DNA of 64,000 bases from Cyanidioschyzon merolae (Eukaryota), in assembly GCA_000091205.1 (NCBI GenBank), contig AP006500.2. One strand, 5' to 3'. Below, one piece after another: positions 41,164 through 52,477 of this stretch. The translations under genes were made by a program, and so were the position numbers. The notes beneath the pieces were generated by a model. That model did no database searches and had not been told where the DNA came from. It saw nothing but the letters and a program-made list of their open reading frames with translations. Within the stretch, counting starts at the first letter, position 1, and every line of letters begins with the position of its first letter.

Positions 41164-42129
41164 TCAGAATTTTCCAGCTTCGTAGTCAGCGAAAGCCTGG
41201 ATGATCTCTTGACGCGTGTTCATCACGATCGGTCCGTACTGTACGACAGGCTCGTGGAGCGGTTGTCCTGCCAACAAGACGAAACGACAACCATTTTCGC
41301 CGCTCTGCACCTCGACACCGTCATCGTCACCGTCTTTTTCAAAGACACCAACGCTGCCCGCGTCAACCGGCTGCGAGCCAGCAACCAATGATCCAGTCAC
41401 AACGTAGAAGCATGCATTCCAAGAGGACGGCACCTTGTGCTGAAAAAAGGTCCTCGGGCCCAGGGTTACGTCCAGTAACTCAGTTGGCGTCAAGGTGAAC
41501 ACATCGGACTGAACTCCCCTGAAAGAACCGGCGAGAACCTTCACTTGGACATGCTCTGTTGGATCGTTGTACACGGGAATGTCGCTCGAACGCTTCTCCT
41601 GATAGTTCGCAGGGACGAGTTTGTCCTTCGCCGCCAAGTTGACCCAGATTTGAAGACCCTCGTTTTCATCTGGTGTCGCCGGCATCTCGCTGTGCACGAT
41701 GCCTCCACCCGCAGTCATCCACTGCAGGTCCCCGGCTTCAATGACGCCTTCGTGGCCGCGGTTATCCCGGTGGCGAAACTTGCCCTTGAGCATGTAGGTC
41801 ACCGTCTGGAAACCCCGGTGCGGGTGGTCCGGGAATCCTCCTGGAGGCTTCACGTGAAAATGATCTAACAGCAGAAACGGGTCCAAGCGTCCCAGGCTAG
41901 GCGTCCCGATGCTGCGACGTACACGCGCCCCGACACCGTCCTGTTGCTCCCGAGCCGCCACGACGCGCTCCAACACGCGCGGTTTCTCGACGGACGACAT
42001 GCACCTTATCCCAGTTACGGCGCGAAGCAGTGAATGTGCGCGGCTCTGATGACCAGGATGTTGTCGCAGGGTTGCCCAGCTGCGCTTATTGGCAAACAAC
42101 AAGCAAATAAACGCAATCTTCATGAACAC
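41164..42129 (-). CDS. Pirin (cupin superfamily). A conserved pirin start is likely at the internal ATG ~42000. The 43 residues upstream in the ORF (MFMKIAFICLLFANKRSWATL…) look like a signal/targeting peptide if translated.
   Basis: …RVLERVVAAREQQDGVGARVRRSIGTPSLGRLDPFLLLDHF…PPGGFPDHPHRGFQTVTYMLKGKFRHRDNRGHEGVIEAGDLQWMTAGGGIVHSEMP… is the canonical pirin N-terminal cupin motif set (HPHRGFETVTY … GD.QWMTAG.GI.HSE). The C-terminal cupin is also present. Confidence 0.8.
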   Translation of the reverse strand: MFMKIAFICLLFANKRSWATLRQHPGHQSRAHSLLRAVTGIRCMSSVEKPRVLERVVAAREQQDGVGARVRRSIGTPSLGRLDPFLLLDHFHVKPPGGFPDHPHRGFQTVTYMLKGKFRHRDNRGHEGVIEAGDLQWMTAGGGIVHSEMPATPDENEGLQIWVNLAAKDKLVPANYQEKRSSDIPVYNDPTEHVQVKVLAGSFRGVQSDVFTLTPTELLDVTLGPRTFFQHKVPSSWNACFYVVTGSLVAGSQPVDAGSVGVFEKDGDDDGVEVQSGENGCRFVLLAGQPLHEPVVQYGPIVMNTRQEIIQAFADYEAGKF

Positions 42130-43071
42130 GTGGCATACAGCGCTGTCGCCTCCGTCGCTCCGGAGCGCACCGGCACCCGCTCTTCTCGATGCGTCGGCGG
42201 CGTTGCGCTATGCTGCGACGCGCGCCACCTCCGCGAGATGCAACACCGGTGCTGCCTGCAAATGGGTTCCATATGTGTATTGTCTACTTGAAGCGCGCGA
42301 TGGGGAAGCGCGTTCTGCTCTGGTCGAAGCTGGGTTTTGAAGATCCCATTTCATAGCGGCGATGAGGCATCATTTACGGTTCAAAAGTGGACGCCTCGCG
42401 ACTGCCGTCCAGCAAACCGTGATATACCGCAGCGGTCGCTATACCAAAGGAGCTGCGGAATCGATCGTAGGTCGCCTGTGTCTGTGTCCGAGGAACCGGA
42501 CATGAGGCGGTGAGCGTTCCAAGGGCGTTTCGTGGGAATAGGACAGGCGAACGACCCGAACGCATTGCGGTACGAGCTTTGTTTTGCTTCGGGACCTCAC
42601 CGAGACGAATACTCGTAGACGGAGTGTATTTGCATTGGTTATGCGAAAGTGAACAGGTTTACGCAGATCATCGTATCAATCGCTATTGGGAGTCGCCGCG
42701 CAATTCGCTGCCCCGATTTCAAGCAGAGCAAAAGCGTCCTCCAGCGTATGCAGCATCATGTTGCTTCGCGTCTACGCCTCAGACGGGGCCGGCTTTTTCA
42801 AGGTTCATACACACGATGTGTCGCACCGGTATCCGTCGGATGTCAAGACTCTAAAAGCGCCTCATGCGCTAAAGCATCCGCTTTCTACTTTTGATGGCGC
42901 AGGATTGTTTCCGCTACCCAACGGACCCTGGAAAGCGCGATGCATACCGGCATCCGAGCGTGTGTCAGTAATACAGCACCAGGTCCTCCAAGTACATAAA
43001 GGCACAAACACCACCACCCATTCTTCCCATCAGAGAGCAAAGCTCGTTCACATGACGCCTGCAGCGCTATT

Positions 43072-44271
43072 TTGGACACCACTTGGAAAGAAAAGGCTTC
43101 GTCGTGCCCCTGTGGGCGTCGACTGGAGCATCCGCTTTTCAAAGCACCCTGTTCGCAAAGTCGCCGCACCAGCGCCAGTGGCGACGCCAATGTGTTGCGC
43201 TCCAACGCGAACGCCCGATGCTTATCTGGTGCATACGCCCTGTTCACCATCTTTGTACTTATTTCAACACGTGTCGAGACGCTTTTGTTGAAGGGAAACT
43301 TGTTTCCCTCTACTGATGCATACAAGCGCTCAACAGACTTACTCTGCAGAGCTGCTGAGCGTGCAGTTTGCGTCATGGCGTTTATGGCGTTTGGACTCTC
43401 GAGTTGGCAACGTGCTACCGATGCGACACGCGGTGCAGCGGCCGTTTGCTCCAGCGACGCACGTGAACAGCATTCAGCCAAGTTCGTTGTCACCTCGGGA
43501 ACACAATCTTTGAAGAGTGGACCGAAGCTCTTGGGGTCAGCGGGAACGCACGGGCGTCCACCACTGATCGCTGGGCTGGCGGCTGCAGCGCCCCTAGTAC
43601 CACCTTACCACCACCACCAGCAGCAGCAGCAGCAGCAGGTTGTTCGAAGAGCGCTTCCGCTGGGTTTGCTCTCCCAAGTGCTAGGGTGGCTTGTGATCAT
43701 CGGTTCATCGCTATACAAAGTTCCTCAGGTGGTGCGTATTCTTCGCGTGCGATCCGCGAAAGGCATCTCGGTCACAACATACGTCTGTGAAACCGTAAGT
43801 ACGGCGTGCAGCTTCTGCTATGCGCTTCGACAGCGGTTTCCGTTCGATACCTTTGGGGAATCTGGCTTCATTCTTATTCAAAATGTCATGATTCTGGTTT
43901 TGATGAGTCATTTTGATGCGAGACCTCGACGCTGGGCAACCTTGGCAATCTTGGGATCCATCACGCTGCTCATGGGCGTCTTGTTGAGTCCGCGTTTGGC
44001 ACCACCCGTGGTCGTCACGGTTGCTCAGGCCGTTTCCATACCTCTTCTGAATCTGAGTCGCATTCCTCAGATTGTCATGAACGCCCAGTTACGTACAACA
44101 GGGGAGCTGAGCATCACGACGATGCTCCTCCAGCTCCTGGGAAATGCTGCCCGTTTGTTCACAACGCTTGTACGCCTCGATGGGAATCTTCCGTACCTGC
44201 TGAGCGCGATTGTCGCTCTCGCGTTGAACAGTATTTTGGTTTACCAATACTTCAGATTTTACGCGGAATAG
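43072..44271 (+). CDS. MPDU1: PQ-loop repeat protein, MPDU1 (mannose-P-dolichol utilization defect 1/Lec35)-like. The conserved part is approximately 43640-44271. Probable ATG at ~43375 or further downstream; the 5' third of the track ORF is likely non-coding.
   Basis: Two PQ-loop motifs: …LYKVPQVVRILRVRSAKGISVTTYVCETVSTACSFCYALRQRFPFDTFGESGFILIQNVMILVLM… (compare MPDU1 KVPQI.KI..SKSAEGLS…FPFSSWGE.LFL.LQ) and …RIPQIVMNAQLRTTGELSITTMLLQLLGNAARLFT…. There are 7 hydrophobic segments. Confidence 0.7.
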   Translation: MDTTWKEKASSCPCGRRLEHPLFKAPCSQSRRTSASGDANVLRSNANARCLSGAYALFTIFVLISTRVETLLLKGNLFPSTDAYKRSTDLLCRAAERAVCVMAFMAFGLSSWQRATDATRGAAAVCSSDAREQHSAKFVVTSGTQSLKSGPKLLGSAGTHGRPPLIAGLAAAAPLVPPYHHHQQQQQQQVVRRALPLGLLSQVLGWLVIIGSSLYKVPQVVRILRVRSAKGISVTTYVCETVSTACSFCYALRQRFPFDTFGESGFILIQNVMILVLMSHFDARPRRWATLAILGSITLLMGVLLSPRLAPPVVVTVAQAVSIPLLNLSRIPQIVMNAQLRTTGELSITTMLLQLLGNAARLFTTLVRLDGNLPYLLSAIVALALNSILVYQYFRFYAE

Positions 44272-45377
44272 CAGCTGGATGAAGGGAATTTTCGGGTCCA
44301 AAGTCTTCCGCAATGTGACCGCTATCGTGTGCTTTCCGCTGACCTAGTGCTATGGCATCCACTAGAGCAAATGGACCGGAGATCTCGTCCCGCATACAAC
44401 CGCCTGGTGACGTCATCAACGGTGCTATGCAGTGCGCATGGTGACGCTGCCGGAGCTCGAACGGGCAACGCGAACCCTATCCTACGATCGCCTTCGGATG
44501 CGGTGAAACCCCGGAGCCTGAACCCCGAAGCTCACCAGAAAAATGCTGCTGAGCCAGTGCGTCAGCCGTGGAGCACGAAAAACAGGGCTGCGAGCCGCGC
44601 ACCACAGCTCTACCGCTGCTGCACTTCGTGAAGCGTGGACTAGTGTGCTGCTGTATCCCGGGGGAGGGGCCTCCTGCTTGTGCTTGCTGCTTGCAGATGC
44701 GAGGCAGTGCCTGCCGCAGTGTGCCTAGACTGCCAACAATATGTACGGAACTTGATTTCTACCACACCTTGACGCTCTGCATCCAAACATGAACCCAGTT
44801 CAGGGACAGCAGTCTCTAAGTTTGCTTCTGGTGGCCGACTTGCAGCGCGCTTTTCTTCGTGCAAGGTCTGTGCGTTTCACCGGAGTACGCAAACGAGCGC
44901 ACGCTATCGGGCTCCAGCGAAGAGACCACAGTTCCCTCTCTGTACAGCTTTACGGTAAACAAGCTCCGACGCAGTCTTCCCGCTGGGCGCAGAAGTTCGA
45001 TCGACCGAACGGCACTCGTGTACTGCGGGCACTGTGTCGAGCGTGTCGTGAACGCTCACTGCCGCAGAGCGCCTGACAAGCACAGTCGTAGCCAACGTCA
45101 ACAGGTACAAACTCCAAGGCCCGTCCCTCAGTAGCTACGCATCATCGTTTTGCAACAGCGCTTCGAAGCGCTCCCCCTACCATACTCAGCATAAAGCAAA
45201 CACGTAGTTCCAAAGGCGTTTTTTTGAAACGCTATCGTCAAGCGAGCGCAGCAAGCACGCCCGCCAAGCCACAGAAGGATGCCATAGCGCCCTCGGAGCG
45301 CGTCTCCAGGTGTAGACAGTGGAAGCGCAGCGTGTGCACTCATACTCACGATAGTATGCAGGAACGCTCGACGATTC

Positions 45378-48300
45378 ATGGATGAAGCGCTATCAGGTGC
45401 TTTTCTTTGCGTCAAGATAATCAATATCGACTACTACCTCTGGCAGCCGGAACACCTCTCCAGTGATCCAGGCTGGCTCGAGAGGTTTACACCGGCCCAG
45501 CGAGGTCGTTCGCTTCCGGCGGTACGGATCATCGGACGCACTTCAGCGGGTTCTACAGTCTGCCTGCACTTGCACAATACGTTTCCTCGCACGTATGTGC
45601 CATTACCCGAAACCGTCGCACATAATCCTGAGGCTGAACGGCGCTGGACGCAGCGACTCCGGGTTGCGCTGGAACGGGCACTCGAGCAGTTGCACCTGCA
45701 GCAGCGCGACCAGCGACAAGCTCCAGATGCCAACTGGTCTGCAAACCAGCCAGGTTCTGGTGCTGCCACCGAGGCGCCTTCATCAGTCGAGGACGCTGCT
45801 GCTGACCGCTACATTTATGATATCACGATTGAATGGCGTCGCTGCATTTACGGCTTTAAAGCAAACGCACAACGGTTTGCTCGGATTCGGTACATTCATC
45901 CAGCAGAGAGCGCACGTCTCGTGCAGGCACTCGCTAGCGGGATGTTGGCCGCTGTGGACGACGGAACAATGGACCCAGTGTTACCCGCCCGTTTACAGCC
46001 GTACGAGGCACACCTGCCATACGTGCTGCAGGTCATGGCAGACTACGGCCTAGCCGGGTTTGGGTGTATCGGACTTTGCAGTGGTCGTTTTCGTCCACCG
46101 CTGGCTTCGCCGCGCGATGCTGCCAGTGAAGATGCTGATCATGGCATGCAAGCACGACACAGCGCCAGCTTGGTCGACAACCTTCCACCGGACATGGTCT
46201 GGAACGTGCCCGTCAAACGGCAGACCGACTGTCACCTAGAGGTGGATGTGTGGTTACCCAGGGATCTGCATCCAGCACATCTTCACGGTGAGCAGGAACC
46301 AACTGATCTGGAGCGCCACGTTCCGTCGCTTCGGCTCATCTGGGAGAGCGAACGCAGACGTCGATGCCTCTCTTCGTGGCGCCAGATGTGGGTCCCTATT
46401 GCACACTGTCGACTGGAGCGCGAGGTGCAACCCATGGACACTGGTTTGAAGCAGCGCCTTGGGATGGTGGTTTCTCAGGCACTACGCAAACGTGCAGGAG
46501 CAGGGAATCGGCAACATCAAGAACGGAGGAACGCAATCGCCCTGAACGATGAAACGAGCCAAGCTGATGATCTCGCCAGTGCGCTTGCAGCTCAGTTTGG
46601 CTATGCAGTTGAATCCAGCACTGCAGAGCGCCTTCATCCAGAGTCGGATTTGGAGGATGAAGTGCTCTGGAACTGGATGGAGCAGAACTACCGAACTGGA
46701 GTGGGTGCAGCGAACGGTCAGCCGGTGGACACTTCCTTTGCATCAGCGTACGCACTGGACACATCCGTTTACGAAGACGAAGAGCAGCCCGTGGATGAAG
46801 TCGCTACCCAGAAGGAATGCGCAGACATTCTGGAATGTTCGCTGCCTTTGAATGAAACACCAGGGCTAGGGGCGGAGACGGCAAAGGTGGCAACCTCGCC
46901 GGCGTCATTGGTGCATCGTCAAGACACGGAGCTGGGACTCAGCCCGCCTTGTTCCCCGTCGGTCGCCCCAAGTAGGACGCCTGTTCCAGAGTCCGTGTTG
47001 GCTTCTGCATCGGAACTACAGCCTGGTCACGAATCGGAGGCGGTTCAAGCACAGGCGTCGACGACGTCGAGGCCCCGACAGGCGAGCTGGTGTCTGGCGG
47101 CTTTCCATCTCGAGCGATCAAACGTATCGCCAGCGAATTGGTTCATGATTCCAGATCAGCACCCGCCTTTTCCCTTCAAGTCAGAATGGGGCGTTGCTCA
47201 GCAGAAACCCTTTTACAGCGCCATTGAGGACAAAGCTTTCACGACAAGCGGGTCGAGCGTACGCTGGTTTCCGCAGACGCCTCTTTGGCGAGAGGTCGCC
47301 TGTCGGGCTTTCAGTTCCGACTCGGCGGCGGATGCTGCTGGCCTCCAAACCTGGCGGACACCGCTGAGCTTGCCGCCTTTGCCACAGCACATCGAGCGAA
47401 TTGAACGGTTTCGAAAGCGAAGCAGGCTCCTGGGAGCATCAAGAAAGGTCATTGAGGTGCGGATGGATAGTTACGGTCGCGAGGTGCGCACTGTAGCGGT
47501 GCTCGCAGCAGCGAAGCATGCGGTTTCGAATTCAGTAACCGTAACAGAAGATGCACTGGCCAATGCGAGGCCGGCTAGCGTCGGCATCAAGGCGGAAACT
47601 GCACCGCGGTCGTGCCGCTCACCAAGGAGCATTGAGCTTGGAACTAGTCCAAAAGCCTGGCGCTCTCCATGGACCAGGGCGTCCGAGCTTGTCGACGCCC
47701 CGGAGTCCCGAAGCGTGGCGATAGAGACCCCAGCGTCCGTTGATTCCGTGCAACAAGGAGCGCCTCGTGCGCATCGCGAAGAGGAGCTACCCGCTTTGCC
47801 CGCTGATCAAGCGTATGGCGCTGCAAGCGCAGCTGCACCTGGCCCCATGGAGGCAGCGTGCAGTAGCGAGAACGGTAGCGCGTCCAAATGGGTGTCCCCC
47901 GAGTTGTTGTCAGCAAGCAGCTCTGCGGATTCTCAGCACACTGAATGGAAAGCAACGTCGGACGTTGACGCACACCGAACGACCGCCCTACCCACGCAAA
48001 CGGATCGTAACTGGCAACTGCATGGAGTGCAAGCGTCGCTCGATGCCTATGATACGCGGGTGCATTCGAGCTCGGCACATGCATCAGAAGTGCGCTCCAC
48101 ACGTAGCCCAGTACTGGATCCGTCACCGTACCCAAATTCGGACCCGAGTCTAGCACAATCATCAGAGGCGCGCTGCACGAACAGCCAAGTGCTGGATCCG
48201 TTACCACACCCAGACTCGGACCTGACGCTTCGTCGTCCAGCCAGAGAGCCGCTATCGTCGGCGGCAGCGCAACGATGTCGCACGTTCAGCGACGAAACTG

Positions 48301-51300
48301 GTGCCATGGACCCGCTCCCAGACACGGTTGCTGAACTCGAAGACGACGAAGCACAACTGGTGCCGCTCGTTCGACCGGCTTCGCCTCGTTACGACGAGCC
48401 GTCCGAGTTCTGGAGCGACGCTCCGCATGCTGCGCCCGCTTTCTCCAGCGCTGCGATACGATCGTTGAGAACGGATCGCGAGAAACGCTCCCGGGGGCGA
48501 CTCTCGGATATCACGGGCCCATCACAGATATCCAGCGGCAGAGACTCCTCGGGGATTAGTGGAGAGCCCGCACCACTTGAGCCGCTGGCGCTTCACCATC
48601 AGTACGGCACCGAAACCTTTCGAGTACTAGCCATAGAGTCACTCTCGATCAATCGTCGAGAGCAGCGCCCTGACGCTCTTCAGGATCCGCTGGCTGCAAT
48701 CGGACTCGTCTTCCGGGGCGATGACTCCGATGCCGATCGTCATATCATGCTCGTGAACAGCGCTTTACGCACAAACACTGGAGACGATGCGAGTGCTGCG
48801 CTTACCGAGCGGACGGCGCTCGGCCTGGTGCCAACCACGGGATACACGTTGCGGCCTACTCGAGTCGTGGTGCTGGGCTCGGAAGCGGCGCTGCTGCGGC
48901 AACTTGCGCTGCTCTGTCGTCATCTGGACCCGGATATCCTGGTATCGTATTCGTTGCGCGATGGAGGGATCGGTTATCTGCTGCAGCGAGCAGGCGTTCT
49001 GGGTTATGACTTGGCTTCGGGGCTGTCTCGGGTAGCACTCGGCGTTCATGACCCGAAAACCGAGCGGCAGTGGAGCCTGTCGATGCACCCGTGGGAGACG
49101 GATACTGCCTCCGGTGGTATCCGCCTGCTGGGTCGATACGTTCTGGACGTATGGCGGATCATGCAATCGGAGGTCAAGCTGTCGAACTACACGTTCTATC
49201 GTGTTGTGGAGGAGATTCTCGGACGCCGGATGCCCCGCTTACCGTGGTCTACCCAACGAGACTGGTTCACGCGGGGTACCGCCGCCGACTGTCGCCGAGC
49301 CCTCGAACTGGTTTTGTTTCGCGCTGCCTGGACGCTGGACCTCCTTGAAGCGCTGGATATCCTCGGACGCTCGGCCGAGATGGCCACCAGCTACGGCATC
49401 GACCTGTTATCTGTGTTTCTTCGGGGCAGTCAGTATCGAGTGGAGAGTCTGATGGCGCGACTCGCGCACGCCCAGGGGTACGTGCTGGTCTCGCCTACTG
49501 CTGCACAGGTCCGATGTCAACCGGCAACGGCCTTCATTCCGCTCGTTATGGAGCCCGAAGCCCGCTACTACAGCGATCCGGTCCTGGTGCTAGACTTTCA
49601 GTCGCTTTACCCGTCGATGATCATCGCCCACAACATCTGCTTTTCAACCTGTCTGGGGCGCGTCCTGCTCGATAGCGAAAGCGACTGGTGCACTTTTGCA
49701 AGCGGCATTCCGCGCGTGTTCGGTGTGCTGGAAGCGTACAGCCCCGACTGGATCGGTCTCGTAGAGGCGCTCGCAACAGACGCAACACCGGACGTGGAAG
49801 CGTTGCTAACGGTGCTTCCGAACCAGACAGTTTTCGTGAAGCCTCGGGTACGGCATGGCATCTTGCCGCTGATGCTACGAGAGATACTGGAAACGCGGAT
49901 GATGCTCAAAGGCGGCATGGAGGCCATCGAGAAGCAACACCGCACCGCACCGGTACCCGAAGCGGAACGTCTTCGCTTACAGGCCATCTATCGAATGCTG
50001 AATGCTCGTCAGTTTGCGATGAAGTATATCGCCAATGTGACATATGGGTATACATCTGCGTCGTTTTCGGGACGCATGCCCTGTGCAGAGATCGCCGACG
50101 CGATCGTCAGTGCCGGTCGGGAGGCCATGGAGCGCATCGTAGCCACCGTGGAGCGCCTCTGGGGAGCATCGCATGGAGCACGGGTCGTCTATGGCGATAC
50201 GGACTCTATTTTTGTGCTGGTGCCGGGCGCTTCTCGTGAAGTCGCCTTTCAGCTGGGTCGTGCCATGGCGGAGCAGTGCAGTGCGCTATTTCCAGACCCG
50301 GTCCGACTCAAGCTCGAAAAGGTATACAGCCGTTCGTTGCTGCTGGCGAAGAAGCGCTATGTTGGTTGGGCGTACGAGTCAGAGAACCAGCTGATGGGAA
50401 TGCTTGATGCAAAGGGTATCGAGACGGTTCGGCGCGACTCGTGTGGTCTAGTTCAGAAGATTCTCGAGCGCGCGCTGCGCTTACTCTTCACCGGTGATCA
50501 GGATCTATCGCCCATCAGACGCTATGTGCAGCGGCAACTTCAGCGAGTCCTTCAGAATCGCTTCGATTTTCGGGATGCTATCTTTTTCAAAGAGGTTCAA
50601 CTGGGTCGTTACAAACCCGGCTACGAACCGCCTGCAGCGCTCGTTGCCCTGCGACAGCTGGATCAGGATCCAGCAGCAGTGCCGGCGTTTCGGGAACGTG
50701 TCCCTTACGTGGTAATCTATGGAGAGCCCGGAAGTACGCTGCGCGAACTCGTCGTGGACCCGGGGCAGTTTCTAGAAGCGCGGCGACAAGGGCGCATCCT
50801 TCGCTTGAACACGCAATACTATGTGCGAAAGCAGATCTTACCGGCTTTGGAGCGCTGCTTTTCGCTGATGGGTGTGGATGTTTTCAGTTGGTTCCAGCAG
50901 GTGCCTCGAGTTGCGTACCGTGCTCCACACAGTCGGGGCGTTCCGCTTGGAGCGCACCAGAAAAGCCGCATAGAGCACTACCTTCCCGGTTTCTGCGCCG
51001 TATGTGGTGAGAGCTGTGCCCCACAAACAGAGGTTTGTCGTGTCTGCCTCACACGCATTCCTGATAGCCTCGCGATCGTCCAGCGGAAATTGCACACTGC
51101 ACAGCAGCGTCTCTTTCGTCTTCAGGAGCTCTGCCTACGTTGCATTGGCGAAGGTATCACCGCAAGCGAATGCAGGGATCGCCCGGGCGAGCCATTAAGC
51201 GCAGGTGCTTGTTTGGCGCCGGAGCAGCACCATCAGCACCAATCGTGTTGGACGCAATGCTGGTATCCGCCTTGTGCACATATAGAATGTGCGCTGCTTG

Positions 51301-51368
51301 TAGAGCGAGACAAGGCCTCTTTGACGACCGCCACATACATGCATGCTTTGGGGGAACTCTCTGGCTAG
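45378..51368 (+). CDS. REV3: DNA polymerase zeta catalytic subunit (REV3-like), B-family polymerase with a degenerate exonuclease region and a C-terminal Cys-rich metal-binding module
   Basis: Motif A …VLVLDFQSLYPSMIIAHNICFSTC…; motif B …MKYIANVTYGYTSASFSGRMPC… (K…N..YG); motif C …RVVYGDTDSIFVL…; KKRY motif …LLLAKKRYVGW…. The exo-I-like segment reads …VLAIESLSI… (DxE replaced), consistent with the inactive-exonuclease Pol zeta type. C-terminal CysA/CysB …CAVCGESCAPQTEVCRVC…CLRCIGEG…C…C…. Length is 1996 aa with a long, poorly conserved, low-complexity N-terminal/middle region, typical of REV3. Confidence 0.85.
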   Translation: MDEALSGAFLCVKIINIDYYLWQPEHLSSDPGWLERFTPAQRGRSLPAVRIIGRTSAGSTVCLHLHNTFPRTYVPLPETVAHNPEAERRWTQRLRVALERALEQLHLQQRDQRQAPDANWSANQPGSGAATEAPSSVEDAAADRYIYDITIEWRRCIYGFKANAQRFARIRYIHPAESARLVQALASGMLAAVDDGTMDPVLPARLQPYEAHLPYVLQVMADYGLAGFGCIGLCSGRFRPPLASPRDAASEDADHGMQARHSASLVDNLPPDMVWNVPVKRQTDCHLEVDVWLPRDLHPAHLHGEQEPTDLERHVPSLRLIWESERRRRCLSSWRQMWVPIAHCRLEREVQPMDTGLKQRLGMVVSQALRKRAGAGNRQHQERRNAIALNDETSQADDLASALAAQFGYAVESSTAERLHPESDLEDEVLWNWMEQNYRTGVGAANGQPVDTSFASAYALDTSVYEDEEQPVDEVATQKECADILECSLPLNETPGLGAETAKVATSPASLVHRQDTELGLSPPCSPSVAPSRTPVPESVLASASELQPGHESEAVQAQASTTSRPRQASWCLAAFHLERSNVSPANWFMIPDQHPPFPFKSEWGVAQQKPFYSAIEDKAFTTSGSSVRWFPQTPLWREVACRAFSSDSAADAAGLQTWRTPLSLPPLPQHIERIERFRKRSRLLGASRKVIEVRMDSYGREVRTVAVLAAAKHAVSNSVTVTEDALANARPASVGIKAETAPRSCRSPRSIELGTSPKAWRSPWTRASELVDAPESRSVAIETPASVDSVQQGAPRAHREEELPALPADQAYGAASAAAPGPMEAACSSENGSASKWVSPELLSASSSADSQHTEWKATSDVDAHRTTALPTQTDRNWQLHGVQASLDAYDTRVHSSSAHASEVRSTRSPVLDPSPYPNSDPSLAQSSEARCTNSQVLDPLPHPDSDLTLRRPAREPLSSAAAQRCRTFSDETGAMDPLPDTVAELEDDEAQLVPLVRPASPRYDEPSEFWSDAPHAAPAFSSAAIRSLRTDREKRSRGRLSDITGPSQISSGRDSSGISGEPAPLEPLALHHQYGTETFRVLAIESLSINRREQRPDALQDPLAAIGLVFRGDDSDADRHIMLVNSALRTNTGDDASAALTERTALGLVPTTGYTLRPTRVVVLGSEAALLRQLALLCRHLDPDILVSYSLRDGGIGYLLQRAGVLGYDLASGLSRVALGVHDPKTERQWSLSMHPWETDTASGGIRLLGRYVLDVWRIMQSEVKLSNYTFYRVVEEILGRRMPRLPWSTQRDWFTRGTAADCRRALELVLFRAAWTLDLLEALDILGRSAEMATSYGIDLLSVFLRGSQYRVESLMARLAHAQGYVLVSPTAAQVRCQPATAFIPLVMEPEARYYSDPVLVLDFQSLYPSMIIAHNICFSTCLGRVLLDSESDWCTFASGIPRVFGVLEAYSPDWIGLVEALATDATPDVEALLTVLPNQTVFVKPRVRHGILPLMLREILETRMMLKGGMEAIEKQHRTAPVPEAERLRLQAIYRMLNARQFAMKYIANVTYGYTSASFSGRMPCAEIADAIVSAGREAMERIVATVERLWGASHGARVVYGDTDSIFVLVPGASREVAFQLGRAMAEQCSALFPDPVRLKLEKVYSRSLLLAKKRYVGWAYESENQLMGMLDAKGIETVRRDSCGLVQKILERALRLLFTGDQDLSPIRRYVQRQLQRVLQNRFDFRDAIFFKEVQLGRYKPGYEPPAALVALRQLDQDPAAVPAFRERVPYVVIYGEPGSTLRELVVDPGQFLEARRQGRILRLNTQYYVRKQILPALERCFSLMGVDVFSWFQQVPRVAYRAPHSRGVPLGAHQKSRIEHYLPGFCAVCGESCAPQTEVCRVCLTRIPDSLAIVQRKLHTAQQRLFRLQELCLRCIGEGITASECRDRPGEPLSAGACLAPEQHHQHQSCWTQCWYPPCAHIECALLVERDKASLTTATYMHALGELSG

Positions 51369-52477
51369 TGCGTAAGAGGAAACGGGAATAAGCGCACATC
51401 GAGATATCGATCATGTTGGTGGCGCTTCTCCTCAGTCCGATCGAGGTGACAAGACTTTCTGGCTAACGTGTGCGCTTCCGTTGGGGTCATTGCGCTTTCA
51501 GCGTACGAACTTGGTGCAGATGGCGTCGGGTTCCGGGCACACTCCGAGGTATTCCGTCAATGCGCGAGCGCCGGGGCGTCCATCGGCTGCTGGCGAGATA
51601 CGGCGAACGGTCCTCGAATCCGAAAGATAACAGTTACGGGGCTATTGGTATGTGTGTGTATGTGTGTCGCCGCGTATCTTGCTTGCTTGGGCGCGAGACT
51701 TTGGAGGCCACAGCACCACTGCTCGCACATGGGCGACTCTTCACACACGAATGCATTTCGCAGCAGAATCGATCATCGTCGGACGCGTAGCGAGGACTCG
51801 CGCGTACAGCTGCACGTTTTCGCCGACGATAGCGCGCATGAGGCGCCGAATAGGAGCTCGTTACGAACCGTAATACCCGCCACGCCCAGCAACCGCATGC
51901 CAGGGCGATATATCGCTTCCGCTTGTTTAGGCCTGGCACTCATCAGCGTATACGTCCAAAGTGTCATCCGTTGCCAAGGCTGGATACCAGCGTCAGCGAA
52001 GCGCTTGGTCTCGATCAGCGGGCATTGCATAGCGCATGAGCTCTCCGGATGCGGATCCAAGCCTCGCACAACGCCCCGCGACCACTTGTATATAAAGCGT
52101 TTGCTATAGCTCGCGAAAGGAAGCGCTTTTGCTGGTCATCGTGACACTCACGGTAACCACAACAACAGCATAGCGTGCCCGTCAATCAGAGTCTCAGCGC
52201 GTCTGGGAATCATACGCATGAACCGTGGTTCTTCTGGTTCGTCTCGAGTCCATGCGCAGCCCATAGTCGGATGATATTCATGGACAGTCATGCTTTCCAT
52301 GGACACACGAGTGTCGATCATTGGTATCGACACCGTTGCCGACACAACTGGTGCGTCCCCATTTGCATCCATGCTCGCGTTGTATCCGCCGAAAGGCGCC
52401 CTGCGCTCGAGCGCGCTGGACACGTACCCTGTCGCGGGAAACGTCCTAATCTTGAAAGTACTGGCAATGAATGTACT

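Noticed and set aside
51468-52109. 213-aa ORF between the REV3 stop and the 88-bp repeat
   Set aside because: No recognisable features; contains a (tg)n/(gt)n microsatellite. Likely intergenic.
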